From: Methanocaldococcus jannaschii DSM 2661
Lineage (GTDB): Archaea; AGJL01; Methanococci; Methanococcales; Methanocaldococcaceae
Direction of reading: 5' to 3'
NCBI RefSeq assembly: GCF_000091665.1
Contig: NC_000909.1
Coordinates: 533,581 to 565,580, forward strand
Length of the DNA stretch: 32,000 bases
Position numbers and translations under genes: made by a program. Shown piece after piece: positions 1 through 8,719 of the stretch (the first letter of the stretch is position 1; every line of letters begins with the position of its first letter). The notes below the pieces were generated by a model. That model had not been told where the DNA came from, searched no databases, and was given only the letters and a program-made list of their open reading frames with translations.

Positions 1-171
1 GCTTGCTATTGGTAATATATCATCATCTAAAACATATCCTTTTTCAAGGTAATCTAACATCAATCTTATAATTGCCTTCTCATCACTGCCTTCCTTTGCA
101 TACATCTCTAAAATTTCTAAAATATGTATAAATTGCTCAATAATCTCTATTTTGCTTTTTTCTAACAGCAT
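1..171 (-). CDS. hypothetical protein, N-terminal 57 codons only (gene runs off the left edge)
   Basis: ATG at 171-169 (minus) opens an uninterrupted frame to position 1: MLLEKSKIEIIEQFIHILEILEMYAKEGSDEKAIIRLMLDYLEKGYVLDDDILPIAS. It is absent from the ORF track because it is truncated. No family recognised. Confidence 0.45.
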   Translation of the reverse strand, partial: MLLEKSKIEIIEQFIHILEILEMYAKEGSDEKAIIRLMLDYLEKGYVLDDDILPIAS

Positions 172-210
172 TTGAATCCCTTAAGAGAAAATTATAAAAA
201 TAAGTTAAAA

Positions 211-1491
211 TTATTCTAAACCCTCAAACACATCCTCCATAGCCTTTATTGTCTTATCAACAACCTCATCATCATGTTTTATTGAGGTAAAGCAACATTC
301 AAACTGTGAAGGAGGAACAAAAACCCCTTTCTCCAACAATCTCCAGAAGTATTTCATAAATTTCTCAGTATCACTCTGCTTGGCAATCTCATAATTCACA
401 ACTTCCTTATCATTGAAGTAGATTTGGAACATTGAAGCAATGTTATAAACCTTAGCTTTAATATTATGTTTATCAGCCAACTCTCTTAAAGTATCTGCCA
501 ATATCTTAGCAGTTCTTGCTGTTTCTTTATAAAACCTATCATCCAACTGCTTAAGAGTGGCGATTCCAGCAGTTATTGATATTGGATTTCCGTTGAATGT
601 TCCTGCTTGATATATAGCTCCCAATGGAGAAAACTGCTCCATAAGCTCTCTTCTCCCCACAATAGCACCGATTGGAAATCCTCCTCCCAATATCTTTCCT
701 AAGGTAGCTATATCTGGAACTACTCCAAAATACTCCTGAGCTCCTCCCTTAGCTAATCTAAACCCAGTTATAACCTCATCAAATATCAACAAAATATCAT
801 TTTCCTCAGTTATCTCTCTTAAAAACTCTAAATAACCTTCTTTTGGTAATATACAACCAACATTTCCCATAATTGGCTCAACTATAATACAGGCAATTTC
901 ATCTTTATTTTCATTTATTGCTTTTTTTACAGCATCTTCATCATTAAACGGAATTAAGATAGTATTTTTTGTTGTCTCTTCTGGGATTCCTGGAGAGTTT
1001 GGATGTCCGTGGGTTAGAGCACCACTTCCACTCTTAACCAAAACATAGTCATGAGCTCCATGATAAGCTCCATCAAACTTAATAATCTTCTTCCTTCCAG
1101 TAACTCCTCTTGCCAATCTTATAGCTGACATCGTCGCCTCAGTCCCAGAATTAACAAATCTAACCATCTCAGCACATGGAACTCTTTTAACAACCTCTTT
1201 AGCTAAAATAATCTCTTTCTCTGTTGGGCATCCATAAGCACTTCCTAATTCAAGTTGCTCTTTAACTGCTTTAATCACAGCATCATTTGCATGCCCTAAA
1301 ACCATCGGCCCGTAAGCTAAGCAGTAATCAATATAGCAGTTTCCATCAACATCAAATAAATAGCAATCTTTAGCTTTCTCAACAAAAAATGGATATGGTT
1401 TAAAATATCTAACTGGACTATTAACTCCTCCAACCAAATATTTTTTAGCCTCTTCAAATAATTCCTTTGACTTGTCCATTTTTAAGGCCAT
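211..1491 (-). CDS. hemL: glutamate-1-semialdehyde 2,1-aminomutase
   Basis: Full-length class III aminotransferase resembling HemL ([32 protein letters not shown]). The ORF track starts at 1548. The ATG at 1491 ([10 protein letters not shown]) is preceded by GGTGAAAAT, so the first 19 codons are probably not translated. Confidence 0.93.
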
Positions 1492-1559
1492 ATTTTCACC
1501 TTTACATTTTCTCATTAACTTCTTCCATAATGGAGAGGAATTAACCATCGATTTTATTC

Positions 1560-1862
1560 TTAATACAACACTCTTCCTTCCTCTAAAACATTCCTATGGA
1601 ATGACCAATTTATTTTTTTATTAAATAATTCCTCACTCTCAACAATTGCATTTATAACAACTCCATACTTCAATAGCAATTTAGTGCATAAATCAATAAC
1701 ATAATCAAAATCCACATCCCCAACTATTAAAATGTCAATATCACTCTCTTCAGTGTAATCTCCCCTTGCATAGCTACCAAATAGTATAATTTTCTTAATT
1801 CTACCTCTATATTTTGATTTTAATGCATTCACAAACTCTTTTATTGCTTTTTCTTCATTCAT
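1560..1862 (-). CDS. minimal nucleotidyltransferase (MNT), partner of the HEPN protein
   Basis: Pol-beta superfamily motif [21 protein letters not shown]. About 100 aa. ATGA 4-nt overlap with the upstream HEPN gene. Confidence 0.9.
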   Translation of the reverse strand: MNEEKAIKEFVNALKSKYRGRIKKIILFGSYARGDYTEESDIDILIVGDVDFDYVIDLCTKLLLKYGVVINAIVESEELFNKKINWSFHRNVLEEGRVLY

Positions 1863-2263
1863 AATATCTCCTTTAATGCCTTTTTTATCCTATCAACAAA
1901 CATCTCCGCCTCATATATTATTGATTCTGCTTCTTCTTCAGTTGGCTTGTCAGTTGTATAATCTGCCTTCCATCTTAAATTATAACTTTTTGTTATTATT
2001 CTCCCATATATTTCTTCAATATATCCTTCATTAACAAAATAAAGCCCAAACATCTTTATTACTCCAGCATGCTTTTTTGGATTGAGATTTTTAGTCAATA
2101 ATAGCGCCTTTGCAGAATGGAATATAGCATAATATGCCCTCGCAACGGCATCCCTATACAATTTATTTTCAAATAAAATTTTTGCTGCAGATAAATTCTC
2201 CTCTGCAATCTCTATAAGTGCTTGAATCTCCTCCCTTATATCTTTATTAAGCAAAGCTTTCAC
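1859..2263 (-). CDS. HEPN domain protein
   Basis: HEPN pattern: AYYAIFHSAKALL helix, KKHAGVIKMF, and the R-x4-DY motif (LRWKADY). GTG start. Translationally coupled to the MNT gene. Confidence 0.85.
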   Translation of the reverse strand: MKALLNKDIREEIQALIEIAEENLSAAKILFENKLYRDAVARAYYAIFHSAKALLLTKNLNPKKHAGVIKMFGLYFVNEGYIEEIYGRIITKSYNLRWKADYTTDKPTEEEAESIIYEAEMFVDRIKKALKEIL

Positions 2264-2337
2264 CTTAACAATAAATATATAGCTCCATAGCCTTTAAACC
2301 ATTTCCAAACTTTCTTCATCATATTCTAATAACCGAT

Positions 2338-2613
2338 TTAAATCAGCCCATTAAACTTCAATACCCAAACAACTATAGCTACCAAAAAGAAAGGTAGAAC
2401 TCCACAACCAAGCCACTGTTTTTGAGTTAAACTCTCCTCTCCAAATGTTTTAGCAGAAATATGCCCAAAAATTACAGCTCCAATAAATAAAAATATCAAA
2501 GTAGCTATTCCACTAAATATCCCCAAACCAGCAGTATATACATAATTTGCCAAATATCCAAAAATAATTCCACCAATTGCGTGAATTAAGCAGCATTTTC
2601 CTTCTAAATCCAT
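2338..2613 (-). CDS. small integral membrane protein (3 predicted TM helices)
   Basis: 91-aa ORF made of hydrophobic helices. Its start lies 1 nt after the stop of the upstream ORF, so the two are probably co-transcribed. Confidence 0.6.
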   Translation of the reverse strand: MDLEGKCCLIHAIGGIIFGYLANYVYTAGLGIFSGIATLIFLFIGAVIFGHISAKTFGEESLTQKQWLGCGVLPFFLVAIVVWVLKFNGLI

Positions 2614-2614
2614 A

Positions 2615-2854
2615 TTAATCCCTCTTTATATCTTCTATTATATAAAGCTCTATCTTCTCCTTAGGTCTCTTTGAATCAGTAAAAGAGTAATCAACCACAA
2701 CTTCAACATCATCATTTGCATAAAATTCTTTATTGTTTAGGATTTTATCTCCTATTTCTAACAAAAATGCAAACTTCCTCTTTGTTTTTAATGAACCTTT
2801 ATCTATCTCAATAATCTCTTTTTTACATTTTGGTTTTATTATGGAGTAGTGCAT
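2615..2854 (-). CDS. hypothetical 79-aa protein
   Basis: ORF with the upstream SD-like AGGGATGAT. Lys/Glu-rich. No family recognised. Confidence 0.5.
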   Translation of the reverse strand: MHYSIIKPKCKKEIIEIDKGSLKTKRKFAFLLEIGDKILNNKEFYANDDVEVVVDYSFTDSKRPKEKIELYIIEDIKRD

Positions 2855-2873
2855 AAATCATCCCTAATTTTCC

Positions 2874-3002
2874 TCATTCTTTATTTTTCATCTTTTTATA
2901 ACTAATCTCATAAAATTCTAAATCTATATCTTCAATATCTCTTTTAAAATCTTTTCCAAGTTCTTTAAGAAGTTCTTTAGAAGTTAATATATCAGCTCCC
3001 AT
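2874..3002 (-). CDS. possible 42-aa protein (MGADILTSKELLKELGKDFKRDIEDIDLEFYEISYKKMKNKE)
   Basis: Hand-translated ORF below the ORF-track size cutoff. GTGAT lies 3-4 nt upstream of the ATG. It fills the gap between the pyrophosphatase gene and the 79-aa ORF on the same strand. Confidence 0.3.
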   Translation of the reverse strand: MGADILTSKELLKELGKDFKRDIEDIDLEFYEISYKKMKNKE

Positions 3003-3026
3003 AGTATCACAAAAAATTAAAAAGAT

Positions 3027-3950
3027 TTATCCATTATAAGCTCTCTCCAATGGTGGAACAACCTGTTTCTTTCTTGACATAACTCCTTCTAAGAATACAC
3101 TGTTTCCTTCAACTTTGACATTAAATGCTTTCTCAAACATCTCCTTATTTCCAACAACCAATGCCTCACTACCCTCTTTCATAATATCAGTTATCAAAAA
3201 GACGATTAAATCATAGCCCTCATTTTTCAACTTCTCCTCTAACAATTTATAAATATCTTCTTTTTTACTCTCAACTTCACTAACATCTATAACCTCAACC
3301 TGCCCAATTCCAACCTTCTTTCCATTGAAATCAAAGTTCTTAAAGTCCATATTTATGATTTCTTCTGGCTTTAACTTACCAACAACTGACTTAGCTTTTA
3401 AAATCTCCATTCCAAACTCTTCTATATTGCTTATTCCAGCAATCTCAGCTAATTTTTTAGCCATCTCTTTATCTAAGTCAGTTGTTGTTGGTGATTTAAA
3501 CAAAACTGTATCTGATATAATTGCACTCAATAAAAGCCCAGCTAAATCTGGTTTTAGCTCTTTCTTCTTACCTCCAATTAAATCTATAGCATCTTTAAAG
3601 TAGAGTTCAGCTATAACTGTAGCTGTTGAACCAACTGGCTTAGCATAGTATAAAATTGGCTCAGTTGTTGTTAAACCAACCTTGTGGTGGTCTATAATAG
3701 CTATTAACTTCCCTTCTTCTAAATCATCAAAGCTTTGGCTCTTTTCTGAATGGTCAACTAAGATAATCTCTTTACCTTTAGCTGATTCTATCAACTCTGG
3801 TTCCATGACTCCAAACTTCCTCAAAACAAACTCTGTTTCTGGGTTTATATCTCCCAATCTTGCTGGATAGCAATCTAAGAAGTAAGCTAAAACAATAGCT
3901 GATGCTATACTATCAGTATCTGGATTTTTGTGCCCTACTACATATCTCAC
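3027..3950 (-). CDS. ppaC: manganese-dependent inorganic pyrophosphatase (family II, DHH/DHHA2)
   Basis: DHH motifs HKNPDTDSIASA, VDHSE and IIDHHK. The length (307 aa) and the C-terminal DHHA2-like region are typical of family II PPases. Confidence 0.9.
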   Translation of the reverse strand: MRYVVGHKNPDTDSIASAIVLAYFLDCYPARLGDINPETEFVLRKFGVMEPELIESAKGKEIILVDHSEKSQSFDDLEEGKLIAIIDHHKVGLTTTEPILYYAKPVGSTATVIAELYFKDAIDLIGGKKKELKPDLAGLLLSAIISDTVLFKSPTTTDLDKEMAKKLAEIAGISNIEEFGMEILKAKSVVGKLKPEEIINMDFKNFDFNGKKVGIGQVEVIDVSEVESKKEDIYKLLEEKLKNEGYDLIVFLITDIMKEGSEALVVGNKEMFEKAFNVKVEGNSVFLEGVMSRKKQVVPPLERAYNG

Positions 3951-3982
3951 TCTCTCACCTTCATTATTTGTTTGTGCTAAAT

Positions 3983-3990
3983 TTTATATA
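3983..3990 (+). promoter_or_regulatory. TATA-box-like element upstream of the GC-rich sRNA candidate
   Basis: TTTATATA lies about 24-30 nt upstream of the first G/C-rich helix at 4014. Confidence 0.4.
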
Positions 3991-4013
3991 ACCGCATAGA
4001 GATATATATTTAT

Positions 4014-4166
4014 CCCCAACGAACCGACCCAAATGGAGCATATCCAGAGAGTTGCGATGATAGCGGGTTCGAAGTTGGGGGAACAAAAAAGGAGGTCTGG
4101 GCGCGTCGTGGGAAGAGGGCTTTTGCTCAATGAAGATGACCACGATACAGCACGACCTCCTACAGC
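4014..4166 (+). ncRNA. GC-rich structured sRNA candidate, two hairpins each followed by ACA (H/ACA-like guide RNA)
   Basis: A roughly 150-nt GC-rich island in an AT-rich intergenic region. Hairpin 1 closes with CCCCAAC (4014-4020) and GTTGGGG (4074-4080), followed by GAACA. Hairpin 2 has lower stem GGAGGTC (4091-4097) / GACCTCC (4154-4160), an 8+8 nt internal loop, and upper stem TCGTGG (4106-4111) / CCACGA (4140-4145). Its tip has GA/GAUGA K-turn-like elements and a GGGC-UUUU-GCUC cap. ACA sits at 4162-4164, about 16 nt from the 3' side of the internal loop. A T-rich tract follows. Confidence 0.5.
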
Positions 4167-4189
4167 TTTAATGTTAATAATGTTAAAAT

Positions 4190-5497
4190 TTAGCTTTTAA
4201 CATACATATTGTTGGAGAATGTTCTTTTTGTTACTTTTCTATAGATAATCTCAAATATCAGCACTCCAATAAATGTTGCTATTATCCCATAAAACACAAA
4301 TCTATTGGTTATCCACTGATAATACAATAAAAGTAGAAAAACTCCTAATACAACAATAAAGCTAAAGATTACAATCTCTTTTCTCCCTCCAACTTCATCG
4401 ATAAGGATATAGTGGGAGAGAATAACAAAGAGATATATAACCATAAATACGGCACTTGTTATTGATGCCACCCCCTCCATATTAAACAGTAATGCAAACA
4501 ACACTCCAAGGGCTGAGGTTATATAAAGTCCCTCTGTGGATTTAAACCATACCTTTCTCTCAAAGAATTCTGGAAGTTCTCCGTCTTTTGCTAATGAATA
4601 GGCAACATTAGCCCCTCCGTATATTGTGGCGTTCATTGCTGATGAAATTGAAAATAAAGCTCCTATAGATATTAATAAAAACCCTAAGTTTCCTAAGAAT
4701 GGTTTTGCCGCCACTGCTAAGGCATTTTCACTGGCTTTAATTAGTTCATCTATTGGTAAATTTCCTATTGCTGAAATGGCTACTCCAACATACACAAACA
4801 TCACAATCAATATGCTTATAAATATAGCCCTTGGAACGTTCTTTTTAGGGTTTTCAATATGTTCTGAGGCATTAGTTATAACTCCAAAACCCATATATGA
4901 TAGGAAGAATATAGCTGATGCAAAAATCATCCCACTTACTGCAGATGGGGCTAAATCTGGAATTACATAAGATGGATGAATTGTTATCAACCCAGCAAAT
5001 ATAAACAACCCTAATATTAAGAGCTTAACCAAAACAATAAAAAATTCAGCCCTCCCTACAGCCTTAGAACCAAAGAAATTCAGAGCAGTGAAAAACGCAA
5101 CTATGCCTATTTCAGTTATGGCAATATTGAATGTATTTATTGGAGCATTTATTAAAGGTAAGAAATAGCCAGCAAACCCTTTTGCAAATAGAGCAATGGA
5201 TATAACGTAACTCATCCATAATAAAATGCTCAAAGCTCCAGTTATTATATTATCTCCAATGGCTTTATGGATGAATGCAATAGGTCCCGCATTTGAAACT
5301 ATCTTTGCTCCAAGTTTTGTATAGGAATAAGCAACTAAAAGTGCATAAATTCCAGACAATATAAATGTTTCTGGAAGGTTTCTTCCAGCTATTTTAGCTC
5401 CAACTCCAAATATAGAAAATATACTTGCCCCAATCATTACACCAACAGCCATAGAAACAGCTTCCCACAAACTAAGCTTTTTATTTTTTAACTCCAT
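4190..5497 (-). CDS. APC-superfamily amino acid transporter (ApcT-like)
   Basis: 435 aa with about 12 TM helices. N-terminal motif AVSMAVGVMIGASIF is typical of the APC family. From memory it matches the M. jannaschii ApcT protein. Confidence 0.88.
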   Translation of the reverse strand: MELKNKKLSLWEAVSMAVGVMIGASIFSIFGVGAKIAGRNLPETFILSGIYALLVAYSYTKLGAKIVSNAGPIAFIHKAIGDNIITGALSILLWMSYVISIALFAKGFAGYFLPLINAPINTFNIAITEIGIVAFFTALNFFGSKAVGRAEFFIVLVKLLILGLFIFAGLITIHPSYVIPDLAPSAVSGMIFASAIFFLSYMGFGVITNASEHIENPKKNVPRAIFISILIVMFVYVGVAISAIGNLPIDELIKASENALAVAAKPFLGNLGFLLISIGALFSISSAMNATIYGGANVAYSLAKDGELPEFFERKVWFKSTEGLYITSALGVLFALLFNMEGVASITSAVFMVIYLFVILSHYILIDEVGGRKEIVIFSFIVVLGVFLLLLYYQWITNRFVFYGIIATFIGVLIFEIIYRKVTKRTFSNNMYVKS

Positions 5498-5508
5498 GTT
5501 ATCCCTTT

Positions 5509-6813
5509 TTATAAAACCTCATCCAACTTCTCAATAACTTTGTAGATATCCTCTTTTTTAACTCCAATAGCTGAATTTACAACTATATAGTCATAAGGAT
5601 ACTCTTTTAAATAGCAAGTTCCAAATTTGTCATTCCTTCTAACTCCTCTCGGCCCAGTAACTCTCAAATTGTAAAGCTTACCAGCAACATCCAATGGGTC
5701 TTTTTTTGTTGTTATACATGAAGAAATTGGATTCTCTACATTCAAAACCTTCTCTCCTTTTTTCTTAGCTAAATCTTCCAATAACTCATTCAATAGCTTT
5801 TTACACTCTTTTTGTTCTTTCATTAAATTTAGATAGTCTTTAGTTCCAATTGCCAAGAGAGATATTAAAATATTAACAATTGGATTTGCTGATGCCCTTC
5901 CTGGATAAGTAAGAGATATTTCTTTTAAAAAACTCTCATCCTTTGTATAAATTATTCCTCCACCAATTGGCGTAAATAGATTTTTATCTGATGAGCTAAC
6001 TACAGCATCAATTCTATACTTTAAAGCTTTTTTTAGCTTCTCGATATAGTAAAAATTTTGGATAGCATAAGCACCATTTATTATATGAGGGATGTCATAA
6101 TCTTGGCATATCTTTGCTATCTCTTTAATATCATCACTCTTTCTTGGTGGGAAAAAAGTTAAAGTGCTTAAAACTACTGGGTTGTTGTTCTCATTAATTT
6201 CTTTTCTTATAGCATCTTCAATATCTGAAACCTCAACTTTAACAATATCTCCATCTAAAACAGTCTCAACCAACCTCATCCTCATACCAATAAATGAAGT
6301 TGCCTTTATAGGACTTTTATGGGCTGCATAGGGATAGATAACAACATTTGAGTTATATTTTTTCCTTGCTGCTGATAAACAGAGGGCTAAACTCATCCCA
6401 GTGGCTACTGGTGTTGCTATCGCATTTACCTTTAACCCTAAAGCTTTTAAAAAACTCTCTAATAATTTATTAGTTAGCTTATACATCACACTTGCTCCTG
6501 GAGCTTTTGGTTGAGGGTCTATTAAATTCCCACTCCTTCCAACACCATGGCAGAAATCAAAAACACCATCCCTTTGAAGTTTTGTATAAACCCTTGCCTC
6601 TCTCTCACCAATCTGCACAACATTTGGGTCTTTGTCAGTGTCCATAAAAGATAAGAGCCTCAACAATAGCTTTATATGCTCTTCATCGATTCCATTCTCT
6701 GGAGCTTTTCTCTGCTCTAAAATATTTTCAATAATTTTTAAGTTTTCTTTTAAAGTTAGTTTTCCCCTATTCTCCATGTGTTTAGGGATGAGTCCAGTTA
6801 TATTAAGTCCCAT
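5509..6813 (-). CDS. spcS: O-phosphoseryl-tRNA(Sec) selenium transferase (SepSecS)
   Basis: Near-colinear similarity to the archaeal SepSecS sequence as I recall it (GEREARVY, GRSGNL, DPQPKA, VVSSSDKNLFTPIGGG containing the PLP lysine, YPGRASA). Confidence 0.88.
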   Translation of the reverse strand: MGLNITGLIPKHMENRGKLTLKENLKIIENILEQRKAPENGIDEEHIKLLLRLLSFMDTDKDPNVVQIGEREARVYTKLQRDGVFDFCHGVGRSGNLIDPQPKAPGASVMYKLTNKLLESFLKALGLKVNAIATPVATGMSLALCLSAARKKYNSNVVIYPYAAHKSPIKATSFIGMRMRLVETVLDGDIVKVEVSDIEDAIRKEINENNNPVVLSTLTFFPPRKSDDIKEIAKICQDYDIPHIINGAYAIQNFYYIEKLKKALKYRIDAVVSSSDKNLFTPIGGGIIYTKDESFLKEISLTYPGRASANPIVNILISLLAIGTKDYLNLMKEQKECKKLLNELLEDLAKKKGEKVLNVENPISSCITTKKDPLDVAGKLYNLRVTGPRGVRRNDKFGTCYLKEYPYDYIVVNSAIGVKKEDIYKVIEKLDEVL

Positions 6814-6937
6814 TCAATCACCTTTTTATAGGTCAATAACTTATTAAAATAATCTAAAAATGTCACATAAATGTGATATTTGTTATAAAACAATAATATA
6901 AACGAATTATAAATAAATGTGTGGGGGAGGGTAGAAA

Positions 6938-7510
6938 ATGATTAACATTTTAATAGTGGGGATTTGCATAGCTATGTTTATTATTAGTGTTTTTATGCCA
7001 CAGCTATATTACTATTTTGCATTATGGCCAAATCTCTTTACCAATATGCCTTGGCAAGTAATTACAAGCATATTTATGCATGCAGGCATAACTCATTTAT
7101 TGGTGAATATGTTAGTATTATTTATATTCGGAACATACTTGGAAAATATAGTTGGCTCAAAAAAATATCTCATAATCTTTTTATTCTCAGGAATTATTGG
7201 GAATTTAGCATATATTGCCTATGCCTATTTCACTGGGGATTACAACCCATCAGTCGGAGCTTCTGGGGCAATATTTGGAATAATGGGAGCTTTAGCTATT
7301 TTAGCTCCACATTTAAGAGTTGTTGTATTTCCCTTACCAATCCCAGTAAATATAAGAGTGGCAGTAATCATATTTGCACTTATAGATTTAATTCTACTCC
7401 CTTACTCTTTAAAAACTGGAATTGCACACATAACACACTTAGCTGGGCTTATAACTGGATTAATATTTGGAAAACTACTATATAGGAAAATGGATGTAAG
7501 ATACTATTAA
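6938..7510 (+). CDS. rhomboid-family intramembrane serine protease
   Basis: Six TM helices. Catalytic GASGAIFG serine motif and the downstream HLAGLITG histidine motif. HxxxN-like MHAGITHLLVNM. Confidence 0.9.
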   Translation: MINILIVGICIAMFIISVFMPQLYYYFALWPNLFTNMPWQVITSIFMHAGITHLLVNMLVLFIFGTYLENIVGSKKYLIIFLFSGIIGNLAYIAYAYFTGDYNPSVGASGAIFGIMGALAILAPHLRVVVFPLPIPVNIRVAVIIFALIDLILLPYSLKTGIAHITHLAGLITGLIFGKLLYRKMDVRYY

Positions 7511-7528
7511 AAATCCAATGGTGAAAAA

Positions 7529-8104
7529 ATGAGTATCTTTAGATTTTCACAAAGAGAGATAATTGACTTAACAATATCGGTATTGGCAATAGCGTTTATT
7601 TTCTCTTATCCAAATTTTTCAATTCTTGTTTTTATTATTAGCTTAATAGCCGTTGGTAGTGGCTTTATATTCCATGAATTAATGCATAGAACTGTAGCAA
7701 GGAAGTATGGAGCGTGGAGTGAATTTAGAGCATGGTATGAAGGCTTAATATTAGGTTTTATATTAAAGCTTGTCTTTGGAGCTACATTCATAGCTCCCGG
7801 GGCAGTTTATATTTACAAAGATTATTTAACCCCAGAAGAGAATGGAAAAATAGCTTTAGCTGGACCTCTAACAAACGTTGCTTTGGCATTTGTGTTTTTT
7901 ATATTAATGTTAATCTTTAAACCGGGTTCTTTATTATATTGGATAGGAATTTTTGGATTCCATATAAACCTATTCTTAGCTGGCTTTAATATGCTTCCAA
8001 TACCTCCATTTGATGGAGAAAAAGTTTTAAAATGGAATCCATTTATTTGGGCAATTGTTGGACTCCCTTTAATTGGATATATGCTATATATGATGTTCTG
8101 GTGA
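7529..8104 (+). CDS. site-2 protease family (M50) intramembrane zinc metalloprotease
   Basis: HELMH zinc motif inside a TM helix, plus the [10 protein letters not shown] motif. Confidence 0.85.
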
Positions 8105-8625
8105 AAATCTTGAGTATAAGAGAGATTTTTCAAATACTCTCTTTGATGTATTTGTTATTTTTATACATTGGATTCTTACTCATTTCAAAATTTGATATCT
8201 CTTTATCATTAGCATTTTTCTTTCCATGTGTTTTTTGGATATGTTGGGCAAAGATAAAAAATGAAACATGGGATATTCCTAACAGAAAAAATAGATTAGT
8301 CCCATTAATTTTTACTTTAATTTATTTATCAATATTAGCAATATTTTGGAAAAATATCTTTATAATAATTTTTCTGGTTAATGTTTTAGTAATTTTAATA
8401 ATCACAAAATTTTGGAAGATAAGCATGCATAATTATGGATTATCTGCCATGGCTTATCTCATATATGCTTTCACAAACAGTATTTGGTTATCCACCATAT
8501 ATCTAATATTAGTAATCATTACTGGATATGCAAGAATCTATTTAAAGAAACATACAGTTTCTCAAGTTATTGCTGGAACAATTTTAGGAATTTCAGTTAA
8601 TTATATTTTATTAAATCTTATTTAG
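8101..8625 (+). CDS. polytopic membrane protein, PAP2-phosphatase-like (degenerate motifs)
   Basis: The ORF frame is open from 8032, but that part overlaps the S2P gene. GTG at 8101 overlaps the S2P stop (GTGA); ATG at 8146 is an alternative start. SMH ... [17 protein letters not shown] resembles the PAP2 C2/C3 motifs. Confidence 0.5.
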
Positions 8626-8655
8626 GTGAAATTCATGGAAAATAAAAACCTAACA

Positions 8656-8680
8656 ATGAAACTTTTAGAAAAAGTTTCAT
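8656..8680. repeat. perfect palindrome ATGAAACTTTT-AGA-AAAAGTTTCAT, related to the left ends of the hairpin arrays
   Basis: 11-bp arms with a 3-nt spacer. It lies immediately upstream of an ATATATATA TATA-like box and 40 nt upstream of the tyrA ATG. The core AACTTTTAGAAAAAGTT recurs at 10124-10140 and 11982-11998. Confidence 0.7.
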
Positions 8681-8719
8681 CAAAATATATATACTACAAT
8701 CCTATAAAGGGGGAATATT

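Noticed and set aside
1492-1548. N-terminal extension of hemL in the ORF track. The same type of extension occurs on ftsZ (18710-18820) and purO (21128-21148).
   Set aside because: The internal ATGs have proper SD-like sequences, and the extensions do not resemble the respective families.
3325-3870. Plus-strand ORFs 3325-3603 and 3682-3870
   Set aside because: They are antisense to the well-supported pyrophosphatase gene. Their Ser/Leu/Phe-rich composition is low-complexity and typical of shadow frames.
4626-4970. Plus-strand ORF inside the APC transporter gene
   Set aside because: Shadow frame opposite a strongly supported membrane transporter CDS.
5509-6813. Search for in-frame TGA (selenocysteine) genes or SECIS elements, prompted by SepSecS
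   Set aside because: No CDS in this window needs a TGA read-through to stay full length, and no SECIS-like stem-loop was evident in the 3' regions.
6632-6847. Plus-strand 71-aa ORF
   Set aside because: It is antisense to the 5' end of the SepSecS gene.
7024-7485. 153-aa same-strand alternative frame within the rhomboid gene
   Set aside because: The frame at 6938 contains the rhomboid catalytic motifs. The alternative frame has Asn/Ser/Tyr/Cys-rich composition and no motifs.
8032-8100. First 23 codons of the 8032 ORF
   Set aside because: They overlap the 3' end of the S2P gene in another frame. GTG 8101 or ATG 8146 gives a more plausible coupled start.
7606-8133. Minus-strand ORFs 7606-7791 and 7822-8133
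   Set aside because: They are antisense to the M50 protease gene and have no recognisable features.
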